DNA of 64,000 nt from an uncultured Acidobacteriota bacterium (lineage in GTDB: Bacteria > Acidobacteriota > Terriglobia > Terriglobales > Acidobacteriaceae). This document shows, in pieces, positions 25,807 to 35,348 of this stretch; within the stretch, counting starts at the first letter, position 1; the number at the start of each line of letters is the position of its first letter. The DNA is taken from NCBI GenBank assembly GCA_963744055.1, contig CAVUSL010000015.1, forward strand, positions 5,880 through 69,879, given 5' to 3'. The translations under genes and the position numbers were made by a program. The notes under the pieces are model-generated. The model was not told the DNA's origin. It made no database searches and saw only the letters and a list, made by a program, of their open reading frames with translations.

Positions 25807-28800
25807 ATGGCGCACCTGATTCATTTCCATTCGCGCGCAGATAAAGCGACGGCGAATCCTGAAGCTGACAACGAAAACTCGCGCGAGAAGCGAGTAAGCC
25901 GCGGCAAGTCCTCCTGGTACACGGTCTGCGCAATCGGGGCTGTGATTCTTCTGCTCATTGCGCTGGTCGAGTTCGCGCGAGCCGGCGGGCCTGAGTATGT
26001 TGCGGGAGTGAGCTATTTCAACACCGGGTTGGCCGGGCAGCCGATCACCTGGCCCGGTGGAGCGATCAACTACTTCACGGATCAGGGCAGCCTCAGCCCG
26101 ATCCTGGCGGGAGCGAGCGCCGACGCGTTCGTAGCCGATGCCTTCTCGCGCTGGACGTCAATTTCCACCGCCGCCGTCACGGCGACTCGGGGAGGGCAGT
26201 TGGCGGAGGACGTCAGCGGCGTGAACGTCATTCTGAACGCCGATCGCACCATCACGATGCCCGCCGACATCCAGCCGACCGCCATCGCCACGCCTGTGGC
26301 AGTGGTCTACGACACCGACGGCGCGGTCACGGACGCCTTGATTGGCTCCGGAGCCAGTGCCGACTGCTTCACCAACGCAGCCTTCGGAGGCGCCGACGCT
26401 TTCACCGTCGACGGACATTTCGCTCATGCTCTCGTGATCCTTGACGGCAAATGCGCGAAGGCCGCTGCCAGCCTGCCTGACCTGAAATATCGCCTGGTGC
26501 GCGTGCTCGGGCAGGTATTCGGACTGGGATGGTCGCAACTCAATCTAAACGCCATCACGAATTCACCGCCGCCAACCGCCGACGACCGGGCGGGTGTGCC
26601 CGTAATGCATGCGCAAGATATACCAAGTTGTGTGCCGATTTCAGTCTGCTATCCCAATGCCGATCAGCCCAAGATGGACGACCGGGCGGCGCTCTCGCGA
26701 CTTTACCCCGTGACCGAAGACAATCTTCCCCGATGCCCAGGCAAACAAGTCTTCGCTGAAAGCACCGGACGCATGCGCGGCATCGTGTATTTCACGGATG
26801 CCAACGGAAATCCGGCACAGCCCATGCAGGGAGTCAACGTAGTCGCGCGCAGGGTCGATCCCGACGCACATCAGCCGTTGGGTGCATACGCAGCATCAAC
26901 AGTTTCAGGTTTCTTGTTTTCGGGCAATGCGGGAAATCCGATCACCGGATTTACAGATGCCATCGGACAGCAGTACGACCGTTTCGGCTCGAACGACGCG
27001 AGTCTCGAGGGATTCTTTGACCTGGCGGGACTCGAAATCCCGGATGGCATGAGCGCTACGTATCAGATCTCGGTAGAAGCCCTTGATCCAAACCTCTCAC
27101 AGCGCGTTGGTCCATACGCGCCGAGCCAGGTGCAACCATCTGGGACGATGCAGCCCGTCATTGTGACGCTAACTCCTGGATTGGATCTTCAGCAGGACAT
27201 CCTCATGGCCGGCAGCGCGGTCGACAGCGGAAACGGCGAAAGCTCGGGGAGTTTTGCATCGCCGCGCGGCCTCCCGAAGACGGGGATTTGGATGGGGAGC
27301 CTGAACACCTACGGAAGCACCGATTACTTCACACTGAGCGCGCAGGCGAACCGCACGATGACAGTGGAGATCACCGCACTCGATGAAAATGGGCAGAGCA
27401 CCATCCAGAAAGCGCAACCCGTGATCGGCATGTGGTCCCTGGCTGCACCCGAAGGGACGCCACCCCCGGCCTATACCTTCTCACCATTCAACACGGCGGC
27501 TGCGGGCGTCACACAGCTCAACGCCCAAGTTCTGAGCTCCACGCAGTTTCGTATTGGCGTGGCCGATGTGCGCGGCGATGGGCGACCAGATTTTCACTAT
27601 CGCGCACGCGTGCTGTATGGTGACGCCGTCACACCTAGCCGGACCAGCATCAGCGGGAACGCACCGTTCGTTATCCAAGGAACAGGATTTCAACCGGGGA
27701 TGCGGCTCAAGGTGGGCAACACGGTTGTTACGCCGCTCTCGGTCTCCGCAAACCAGATTCTTGCGCTCGCGCCCGCGCTTCCGGACGGGGCGCGCGATGT
27801 GAGCATCACCGATCCGGCCACGGGCAGTTCGACAACCATGACCGCAGCGCTCACGCTGGGCGCAGGCCCGAATGACGTGATCCATTTAGCGCAAGGCGGC
27901 AACTCACCCACGCCCGTGGGAATGACCGCTCCGACTCCGATTCGCGTAGTGGTGGCTTCTTCGGATGGAATCACGCCCGTGCCCGGCGCGACCGTTCAGT
28001 GGAGCGTGACGAACGGCGCAGGCCTTACCGCATGTAACGGCGCTTCGACTTGCTATGCCTACACCGACGAAAGCGGACAGGCGGAAACCCGCGTCACCGT
28101 AGGAGCCGTGGGCGCTGCAAATATCTCGGCAGCGTTGGCGCCGGCTTCATACTCTCCGGCGAAAATGGTGCAGTCGGCGGTGAGTGGGACATCGTCGGCG
28201 AAAGACCTGGCGTTGCTGGTGCCGAAAGTGTGGGTGGCACAAGGAGCAACCGTCGATGTGCCCTTCACCGCTCGCCTGCTGACGAATGGAGTGGCGCTCA
28301 GTGGTCAGACACTGAAGTGGGCGATTGGCATTGGCTCCGGCAGCGTGAACCCGGCTAGCACGATCACTGATGGGGAAGGCTATGCGCGCTCGAGTGTGCA
28401 CGTATCGAATTTCGCGGCCGACGTGCAGGGCACGGTGTGCCTGGCACCCGGCAACAACCCCTGCCAGACGTTCTACATCGTGCAGGTGGCACCGTCAGTG
28501 CTGAAGTTGCAACCGGTGTCAGGCGGACTGCAGGCCGTTCGGGTTGGTGATGCCTTTCAACCAGTCGGGGTCCGCGTCACTAATTCCGCCACTCCACCGA
28601 ATACCGTGATGGGGGCGCGCGTGACATTTCAGAGCATGATGTTTCTGCCGAGTTCACCCTCCACCGTGGAGGGCGCCGGTGACAGTGGCGTCGGACAGCA
28701 TCCCATGAAAGTGCTGCTGGGATCGTCGCAGACGACACCGGTGAGCGATGCAAACGGCATGGCCTCATTGGCGCCATCGATGGGCGGACTGGCGCGCCCG

Positions 28801-29049
28801 CTAGACATAGAAATCATGGCAACGGCCGGGACGGCAACGCCGTTGCACTATGAGCTGTCGGTCATTCCGGCCCTTGCGCCCGCGACTGGGGCGAGCACCG
28901 GAATGGCGCGCAGGAGGGTCCGGGAGGAACCCGGCACGAACATGCAACATGAAATGGGCTCAGAAGGGAAGGGCACGACTTTAGTCGCTGCGGAAAAACT
29001 CTGCTTCAGGCAGGTTCTGGGAAGGGCACGAGTTCACTCGTGCCGCTAA
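25807..29049 (+). CDS. Membrane-anchored giant surface protein: degenerate matrixin-like domain followed by IPT/TIG and Big-like Ig repeats
   Basis: I trimmed the ORF 25645..29049 to the ATG at 25807 (GGAGG upstream). It has a TM helix (VCAIGAVILLLIALVEF) and matrixin-like landmarks. An IPT-like segment reads ISGNAPFVIQGTGFQPGMRLKVGNTVV. The last ~30 codons are read from family B REP sequence. Confidence 0.7.
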   Translation: MAHLIHFHSRADKATANPEADNENSREKRVSRGKSSWYTVCAIGAVILLLIALVEFARAGGPEYVAGVSYFNTGLAGQPITWPGGAINYFTDQGSLSPILAGASADAFVADAFSRWTSISTAAVTATRGGQLAEDVSGVNVILNADRTITMPADIQPTAIATPVAVVYDTDGAVTDALIGSGASADCFTNAAFGGADAFTVDGHFAHALVILDGKCAKAAASLPDLKYRLVRVLGQVFGLGWSQLNLNAITNSPPPTADDRAGVPVMHAQDIPSCVPISVCYPNADQPKMDDRAALSRLYPVTEDNLPRCPGKQVFAESTGRMRGIVYFTDANGNPAQPMQGVNVVARRVDPDAHQPLGAYAASTVSGFLFSGNAGNPITGFTDAIGQQYDRFGSNDASLEGFFDLAGLEIPDGMSATYQISVEALDPNLSQRVGPYAPSQVQPSGTMQPVIVTLTPGLDLQQDILMAGSAVDSGNGESSGSFASPRGLPKTGIWMGSLNTYGSTDYFTLSAQANRTMTVEITALDENGQSTIQKAQPVIGMWSLAAPEGTPPPAYTFSPFNTAAAGVTQLNAQVLSSTQFRIGVADVRGDGRPDFHYRARVLYGDAVTPSRTSISGNAPFVIQGTGFQPGMRLKVGNTVVTPLSVSANQILALAPALPDGARDVSITDPATGSSTTMTAALTLGAGPNDVIHLAQGGNSPTPVGMTAPTPIRVVVASSDGITPVPGATVQWSVTNGAGLTACNGASTCYAYTDESGQAETRVTVGAVGAANISAALAPASYSPAKMVQSAVSGTSSAKDLALLVPKVWVAQGATVDVPFTARLLTNGVALSGQTLKWAIGIGSGSVNPASTITDGEGYARSSVHVSNFAADVQGTVCLAPGNNPCQTFYIVQVAPSVLKLQPVSGGLQAVRVGDAFQPVGVRVTNSATPPNTVMGARVTFQSMMFLPSSPSTVEGAGDSGVGQHPMKVLLGSSQTTPVSDANGMASLAPSMGGLARPLDIEIMATAGTATPLHYELSVIPALAPATGASTGMARRRVREEPGTNMQHEMGSEGKGTTLVAAEKLCFRQVLGRARVHSCR

Positions 29050-29179
29050 ATCACTGAAAGTGTGTGAGCGCTTCAGCGCCTGAGGTGCGCTTACTGTGAA
29101 TTCAGAGACTTTTTCCGCAGCCTCTTTAGTCGTGCCGTTACGTCGGGGAAAAAGCGGCTTTAGCCGCTGAGGTCTTGTT

Positions 29180-29677
29180 TTGAAACCGATTCGTGAGTTC
29201 TCGCCACGCGGGACTTACTTCGTAACATTCTCCACCTGGCAGCGCAGAGGGCTCTTCGTCGTGGAAGCCTATGTCCGTCTATTTCTGAAAACTCTCTATG
29301 GCTACAAACGCGAAGGACGCTTCCGGCTGCATGCCTTCGTCCTGATGCCGGAGCATGTGCACTTACTGATCACGCCTGCGCCAAGTCTGACGCTGGAGCG
29401 TGCTTTGCAGTTGATCAAGGGTGGATATTCTCACGCGTTTGGTATTGCATTTCGAAGAGGCGAGGTTTGGCAGCGCGGATTCACCGATCATCGTATTCGA
29501 GATGCTGAGGATTTTATTCATCACCGCAACTACATTCACAGAAATCCAGTCGAGCAGCACTTGGTCAATAAGCCAGCGGACTATCGTTTTTGCTCTGCGT
29601 TCCCAGGATACAGGCTGGATGCGTGGCCCCCAGCGGCTGAAGCCGCGTCTTCTCCCACGCTGGTGCGGCACGAGTAA
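29180..29677 (+). CDS. REP-associated tyrosine transposase (RAYT; IS200/IS605-like Y1 HUH transposase)
   Basis: 165-aa ORF with a TTG start, an HUH motif (MPEHVHLLI) and a catalytic-Tyr helix (RNYIHRNPVEQHLV). It is flanked by hairpin repeats. Confidence 0.8.
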   Translation: MKPIREFSPRGTYFVTFSTWQRRGLFVVEAYVRLFLKTLYGYKREGRFRLHAFVLMPEHVHLLITPAPSLTLERALQLIKGGYSHAFGIAFRRGEVWQRGFTDHRIRDAEDFIHHRNYIHRNPVEQHLVNKPADYRFCSAFPGYRLDAWPPAAEAASSPTLVRHE

Positions 29678-29823
29678 ACTCGTGCCCTTCCCGTTCTTGC
29701 CCGCCGGTGGACTTTTCCGCAGGTTCAAACTAGTACTCTTCCCACTGCCGCTGATCTCTTAGATAGTCGTAAGCACAGAGAAGGGCACTATTTCAGTCGT
29801 GCCGCATGGGCCGGAAGTGGGGA

Positions 29824-29944
29824 AGCCCGCGGACTATCGTTTTTGTTCGGAGTTCCCAGGATATAGGCTGGATGCGTGGCCCCCAGCGGCTGAAGCCGCG
29901 TCCTCTCCCACGCTGGTGAGGCACGAGTAAACTCGTGCCCTTCC
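29824..29944 (+). pseudogene. Degenerate second copy of the last ~100 nt of the RAYT gene plus its trailing hairpin
   Basis: By eye, 29824-29944 aligns base for base with 29571-29691 with roughly 9 mismatches in ~121 nt (not computed). No upstream RAYT coding sequence accompanies it. Confidence 0.75.
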
Positions 29945-30147
29945 TTCCTGAAGTCGCGCACGTCTAGCCGAACAGGTAGCCGAGTGCCGAATAGGGTCTT
30001 GGGCTGACACCGCAAATATTCGGCAGAGGGGAAGGGCACGACTTCAGTCGTGCCGCACTAGGCCGGAAATAAGCGGCTTTAGCCGCTGAGGGCTGCCGCG
30101 GACTTATCGTGTCGCTCCTCTTTTCGTCAACTTTCTACGCGCGCAAC

Positions 30148-30172
30148 GCGGACAGGAGTGTCCGCGCCACAC
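30148..30172 (-). repeat. REP-like hairpin, family A (CGCGGACAGGAGTGTCCGCGCCACA)
   Basis: It lies immediately 3' of the S9 peptidase stop codon (30176-30178) on the gene's strand. Confidence 0.75.
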
Positions 30173-30175
30173 TAA

Positions 30176-32444
30176 TCACTTCTTCGTCCACTGATCCACC
30201 CATTCGTTGACCGTCTTGTACCAGAGCTGGCTGTTTTGCGGCTTCAGTACCCAGTGGCCTTCGTCGGGGAAGTAGAGCATCTTCGATGGAATGTTCTGAC
30301 GCTGGAGCGTTGTGAACAGCTGGAAGCCTTCGCTCACGTCGAGGCGGTAGTCGAGCTGGCCGTGCACGACCAGCGTCGGTGTCTTGAAATTGGTGGCGTA
30401 CATGTGCGGCGACCACTTGTCGTACATGGCGCGGTTCGTGTAGGGCGTGCCCTTGAACTCCCATTCGTTGAACCAGAGTTCTTCAGTCGTGCCCCAGGCC
30501 GAGGTCGAGTTGAACATGCCATCGTGCGTCACGATGCACTTGAAGCGCGTCGTGTGCCCGAGAATCCAGTTGGTCGCGTATCCGCCGTAGCTCGCGCCCA
30601 TCGCGCATTCGCGGTCTTTGTCGATAAACGGATATGTCTTCTCGGCGTAGTCGAGGCCTTTCATCAAGTCTTCGTAAGGCGCGCCGCCCCAGTCGCCGTT
30701 GATCGCGTCGATGAACTTCTGCCCGTAGCCGGTCGAGCCGTGGAAGTTGATCATGATGACCACGTATCCGCTGGCAGCGAACAGTTCCGGATTCCAGCGG
30801 TAGGACCAGTCGTCTCCCCAGGCACCCTGCGGGCCGCCGTGGATGAGGAACTTCACGGGATATTTCTTGTTGGCGTCGAAGTCGGGGGGCTTGACGAGGA
30901 AGCCCTGGACTTTGTCGCCGTTCGCGCCCGGGAACCAGAAGGTTTCGAGGGGGGACATGGCGATTTGGGAGAACAGCTGATCGTTCGGGTCTGCAAGCCG
31001 TCCCGGCAACACATCGGTTATGGCCCCAACCCCACCAACTGCGTTCTTGGGACGCTTGGCTAACATCTTTAGTGAAAGGTCTTCAACACCACTTACATTC
31101 ACACCGACAATTTTGTTTGGAAACCTGACTGACATCTGTGTGAGGAGAAGCGTCGTCCGGTCCGAGGCAAACGCGAAGTCGTCGTAGCTCCCTTGCATCA
31201 CGCGAGTCACATCGGATTCGAGACCGACTCTGAACAGCGGAATATCGCCACTTTCCTCCGAACTGAAATAAATAGCTTTGGAAGAGGGGAGCCATGCCAT
31301 TGTGCCAATCCAGCGATCGAAATCCTCCGTTAGATTCTTTCTTCTCGCCGGTCTTCCGGTCATACAGCATCAGCCGAAACCGATCACTCTCGTATCCCGG
31401 CCGCTGCTGCGCGCGGTAGGCGATGTATTTTCCATCGGGCGAATACAGCGGCGTCGAATCGCTGGCGGGATTGTCGGCGGTGATGTTCTTCGCCGTGCCA
31501 CCAGTCACTGGAACAAGCCATAGATCGTTGTTGGTCGATGTGGCTTCGACCTTGTCGTGGTTCGAGGCGTAGCAGACTTCCTGCCCGTCGGGGGAGAAGG
31601 CGTAGTTGTCCTGTCCACCGAGGGAAAACACTGGTGCATCGTAGTCGCCGGGCGTCAGGTCACGCGGCGGAGGCGGCGCAATTCCGGATCCGGGCTCGCC
31701 GGAGCGCGCTGAGGCGAGGACATCGGGCACTACAAAAATGTGGCTGCGCTTGCCTTCCTTGTACGCATTCCAATGACGATACAGAAGGTGGTCGAAGATC
31801 AGAGCTTTGACCTTGGACTTCTCGTGCTCCTCGAGTTTCTTGGCATTACATTCCTGCTCAGGGCCCGGCGCACCATCGCATTCTGGATAGACGTCGGAAG
31901 TGAAAAGGATGTTCTTGCCGTCGGGCGACCAGAGCTCTCCGCTGGCTTCGGTCGCAAGCGCGGTCAGCTTGTGTACGCCTGTGACGCTTCCCGCGGCGCT
32001 GTCGAAGTCGGCGATCCATATTTGCGATCCGCCTTCTTTCGTCGAGATAAACGCGAAGCGTTTGCCATCAGGAGCCCAGCGCGGTCGGTCGCCGTCTTGA
32101 TCGGGGATAAGGACGCGCTCAGCCGACGCCGACGGAGAACCTGCCGAGCTTTGCTCGGCCTGGACGGGCGAGGCGCCCGTCCCTACATGGTTCTCGGCTT
32201 GGACGGTCGGGGCGCCCGTCCCTACATTGTTCAAGGGCACGATCCAGATGTGCGGAGTTTTTTTGTTCGTGGCCAAGTCAACATCGACGGCGCTGAACAG
32301 CACCCACTTGCCATCGGGCGAGGGCACGGGCTCTCCCACGCGCTTGAGCGACATCATGTCTTCGAAGGTGAAAGGGTGCTTGGCTTGCGAGAAGAGAGGG
32401 ACTACGGAAAACACTGTAAAGAGCAGGATGAGTACACGGCGCAT
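30176..32444 (-). pseudogene. S9 family serine peptidase (TolB-like propeller plus prolyl-oligopeptidase catalytic domain) split by a +1 frame change near 31336-31347
   Basis: Two overlapping ORFs: 31083..32531 (the propeller; true start is the ATG at 32444 after GGAGG, with signal peptide MRRVLILLFTVFSVVPLFSQA) and 30176..31363 (the catalytic domain with GASYGGY and DEGHW). The reading frames join at ...YDRKTGEKK/NLTEDFDRW within GAGAAGAAAGAAT. Confidence 0.8.
32162..32226 (-). repeat. Tandem pair of family A-like REP hairpins inside the S9 peptidase coding sequence, in frame
   Basis: A 39-nt period. The gene-strand units TGTAGGGACGGGCGCC(C/T)CG(A/C)CCGTCC encode NNVGTGAPTVQAE / NHVGTGASPVQAE. 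Confidence 0.75.
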
Positions 32445-32520
32445 ACGTTCCTCCGCGAACAAACGGAGTAGTGTAGAACAGTGCGGGCGTTTGAGACAGT
32501 GATGGCGAAACAGCTGTTGG

Positions 32521-32674
32521 CTCTTAGCCATTAGCCGTTAGCTCAATCCCTCGACCGCAACTGTCTGATTCGTATCCGACATTGTGACGTGCCTACGCCA
32601 ATGTGTCCCTGGGAATGCGACGGTAGGGCCTCGTGGATTCAAGCTAGAAGCTAACGGCTAAGAGCTAAAAGCTG
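32521..32674. repeat. Long-range inverted repeat built from TAGCC/GTTAGC words
   Basis: ctcttagccattagccgttagct (32521-32543) pairs with agctaacggctaagag (around 32650-32665). The ~100-nt interior sits between divergent genes. Confidence 0.55.
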
Positions 32675-32833
32675 TGCGGTCCGCGCAACCCCTGAGCCCC
32701 TGTTGTCGTCTAAGAAAACAGGCAGAAACTGCAGTCTTCCTTACCCTCCGGGCTCCCTGAGCGGAGAGGGCTCGGGGGTGGGAAGGCGGCAGTTCGCCCA
32801 CTTTCCGGACGCAATTTCTTCTACACTGAACTC

Positions 32834-33682
32834 ATGAAACATTTGCTCCGCGGGTTTGGCCTTATTTCGTTTTCCATCTTGCTGCTGACGCTCCTGGCAG
32901 CCGCCGACGAGGGTCCGCTCGACAAGTCTGAGCCTAAAGGCATCACCCCCGAAGAGATCATCAAGCGTTTCTCCACCAAGGAGAAAGAATTCAAGGAAGC
33001 GCGTGATCTGTACACCTATCGCCAGGACGTAAAAGTTCAGACCCTGGATGGAGACACGGTCGATGGCGAGTATCACCAGGTGTTCGACATCACCTTCAAC
33101 GACCAGGGCCACAAATTAAAGAACGTGGTCTTCGCTCCGCAGGCGAGTCTGACCCGCATCGGAATGACGCAGGAAGATGTCGATGACATCGAGAACCGCC
33201 TTCCTTTCGTCTTAACCAGTGACGAGATTGGCGAATACAACATTCTCTACATCGGGACGCAGCAGGAAGACGAACTGCACTGCTACGTTTTTGACATTGC
33301 GCCCAAGGAAATTGTCGGGAAGAAACGATACTTTCAGGGCCGCATCTGGGTGGATGACACCGACTTCCAAGTCGTCAAGACGTATGGCAAGACGGTCCCC
33401 GATATCCGCAAGAAGAAAGGGAATGAAAACTTGTTCCCAAGCTTTACCACCTGGAGACAGCGGATCGACGGCAAATACTGGTTTCCGGTGTACACGAAAG
33501 CAGATGACACTCTCCATTTTTCGGGCGGCTTGGGAGACGTTCACATCCGGGAGATCGTGAAGTATCAGAACTACAAGCGTTTCGGTGCGAAGACGCGCAT
33601 CACGTATGAGGGCAAGGAACTGCCGCCGGGTGAGCAAAAACAGCCGGACACTGCGCAACAGCAACAGCAGCCACAGAAATAG
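32834..33682 (+). CDS. Secreted LolA-like (outer-membrane lipoprotein-sorting fold) protein with a Gln-rich tail
   Basis: 282-aa ORF with a signal peptide (LISFSILLLTLLAAA). LHCYVFDIAPKEIVGKKRYFQGRIWVDDTDFQVVKTYG fits the LolA-like family pattern and is paralogous to the N-terminal half of 20312..22114. Confidence 0.6.
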   Translation: MKHLLRGFGLISFSILLLTLLAAADEGPLDKSEPKGITPEEIIKRFSTKEKEFKEARDLYTYRQDVKVQTLDGDTVDGEYHQVFDITFNDQGHKLKNVVFAPQASLTRIGMTQEDVDDIENRLPFVLTSDEIGEYNILYIGTQQEDELHCYVFDIAPKEIVGKKRYFQGRIWVDDTDFQVVKTYGKTVPDIRKKKGNENLFPSFTTWRQRIDGKYWFPVYTKADDTLHFSGGLGDVHIREIVKYQNYKRFGAKTRITYEGKELPPGEQKQPDTAQQQQQPQK

Positions 33683-33687
33683 TCTCG

Positions 33688-33743
33688 CGTTTCAGGTTTC
33701 CAGTTTCGAGCAACTGGAAACTCGAAACGTGAAACTCGAAACT
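33688..33743. repeat. GTTTC/GAAAC-word hairpin (family D) between convergent genes
   Basis: gtttcaggtttccagtttcgag-caa-ctggaaactcgaaacgtgaaactcgaaac is an imperfect long palindrome. Confidence 0.7.
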
Positions 33744-34350
33744 AGTAAAAGAGATACTTTCTCCACTTGTCATCCGACCGTCCCATCAGGCGCATGATGT
33801 GGCGGCTGGTGTGGAGGTTGAAGGCGCGGGGCTCGCGCGCGAGTTTCATGCTGGCTTCGATGGGCGTCTGGTTGCCCTTGCGGCGGTTGCAGGGATGGCA
33901 GCAGGCCACCAGGTTTTCCCAGGTAGACGATCCTCCGCGCGAGCGCGGAACGACGTGATCGAGCGTGAGTTCTCCGGAGGCGAGCGCAACCGCGCAGTAC
34001 TGGCAGGTATTGCGGTCGCGCAGCAGGATGTTTTTGCGCGACAACGCGCGCGTCTGGTGCGGGATGCGGCGGTACTCCAGCAGGCGAATCACCGACGGGA
34101 CCCGCATGGCCACCCGAGCCGCGTGCAGGAAGTGGCCGTTCTCCTCCTCGGCCATGGCGACGCCCTTCAACACCAGCACAATCGCGCGACGCGCGGCGCA
34201 CACGTTGATCGGCTCATACGACGCGTTCAGCACGAGCACGGGCGCGTGCAGCGCCTGAATATTGTTGTAGGTCCCGGTCGCCACCGTGAGCACACCGGCC
34301 GCCGATCTGCCAATCATGCCCCGCATCGAGTTGTCGATCTTTCCTGACAT
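33742..34350 (-). CDS. HNH endonuclease family protein
   Basis: 202-aa ORF with CQYC...[29 protein letters not shown], an HNH/zinc-finger core. Confidence 0.8.
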   Translation of the reverse strand: MSGKIDNSMRGMIGRSAAGVLTVATGTYNNIQALHAPVLVLNASYEPINVCAARRAIVLVLKGVAMAEEENGHFLHAARVAMRVPSVIRLLEYRRIPHQTRALSRKNILLRDRNTCQYCAVALASGELTLDHVVPRSRGGSSTWENLVACCHPCNRRKGNQTPIEASMKLAREPRAFNLHTSRHIMRLMGRSDDKWRKYLFY

Positions 34351-34367
34351 AACATCAATCCAAAATA

Positions 34368-35234
34368 CTATCCGTGCGCAGCCATACTCAGCGATTCATC
34401 TTCCTGAGGCTCGAAGTGAACGGCTTGCACTTCCGCTTTCAAGGTACGCGCCACGGTCGCAACCCAAACGCGCGCAGCCCCGGCGCGCCGCAACACTCGC
34501 GCACATTCCGAGGCGGTCGTCCCCGTCGTGAATACGTCATCGACCAGCAAGATTTCTCGTCCAGCGACTCTTTCGCGATCCCTAACGCGGAACGCGCCGC
34601 GCAAGTTCTCGCGCCGCTGGTGGCGGGTCAGCCCAATTTGCGATTGGGTATCGCGCGAGCGCTCTAGCACATCGGCCGCAACCGAATACTTTTCCCGCTC
34701 AGGACTTACTTTGAGTGCCATGCGAGCGATCATTTCCGCCTGGTTGAATCCTCGCTGACGCAGCTTCGCGGAAAACAGCGGTACGGGAACCACCAGAACC
34801 GGCGCCGGATACCAGCCTGCCTGAAGTTCAACGATCACCTCGGCCAGCATGCGACCCAGCACATTTGCGGCCGGTCGAACCTGCTGGTACTTCAGCATGT
34901 GGATCAGATCGCGTAATCCACTTTCGTAGCTGCCATATGCCGCAGCCTTCGCGAAAGGCGGATCGATCCGGCGGCAGATGCCGCAGCGGATATCCTCGAC
35001 ACTATCAAGTGCGTACCCGGAAACGATGCGCTCCCCACAAACTGAGCACAGGCCGCCCGCGATCGGCTGGATGGATTCCAAACATTCTGCGCACACGGGT
35101 AGGCGGGAAATCCGGATCAGAGGTCCGCCGCAGATGCGGCAATCGGCGGGAAACAAGGTAGCGAAGAGGCTTTCGGCGGCTTCCGCTGCCCACGACATGA
35201 CAGCAGGCCTGTTCCGTGCAGCCGTGGCCTGCAT
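34368..35234 (-). CDS. comF: ComF family protein (phosphoribosyltransferase domain)
   Basis: 288-aa ORF with an N-terminal double zinc ribbon (CRICGG...CAEC, CSVCG...CGIC) and the PRTase motif [13 protein letters not shown]. Confidence 0.85.
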   Translation of the reverse strand: MQATAARNRPAVMSWAAEAAESLFATLFPADCRICGGPLIRISRLPVCAECLESIQPIAGGLCSVCGERIVSGYALDSVEDIRCGICRRIDPPFAKAAAYGSYESGLRDLIHMLKYQQVRPAANVLGRMLAEVIVELQAGWYPAPVLVVPVPLFSAKLRQRGFNQAEMIARMALKVSPEREKYSVAADVLERSRDTQSQIGLTRHQRRENLRGAFRVRDRERVAGREILLVDDVFTTGTTASECARVLRRAGAARVWVATVARTLKAEVQAVHFEPQEDESLSMAAHG

Positions 35235-35348
35235 AGCCCGAGTTCGGTCCCAGCTACTGCTGAAGACGACCTCCTGGTCATCCGGGGATGGCGGGAGCGG
35301 TGCGCGCCCTGGATGAAATCCCTTTCAGTATAGCGGCCTTGAATAGCC

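Larger units (their letters stand above)
28962..30105. mobile_element. RAYT/REP locus: one REP-associated tyrosine transposase gene nested among family B hairpin repeats and a duplicated copy of its 3' end
   Basis: Hairpins of the types GGCACGA(C/G)T..A(G/C)TCGTGCC and GCGGCT-TT/GAAG-AGCCGC recur at about 28965-29000, 29015-29040, 29100-29176, 29633-29690, 29783-29808, 29885-29940 and 30033-30096. Confidence 0.75.
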
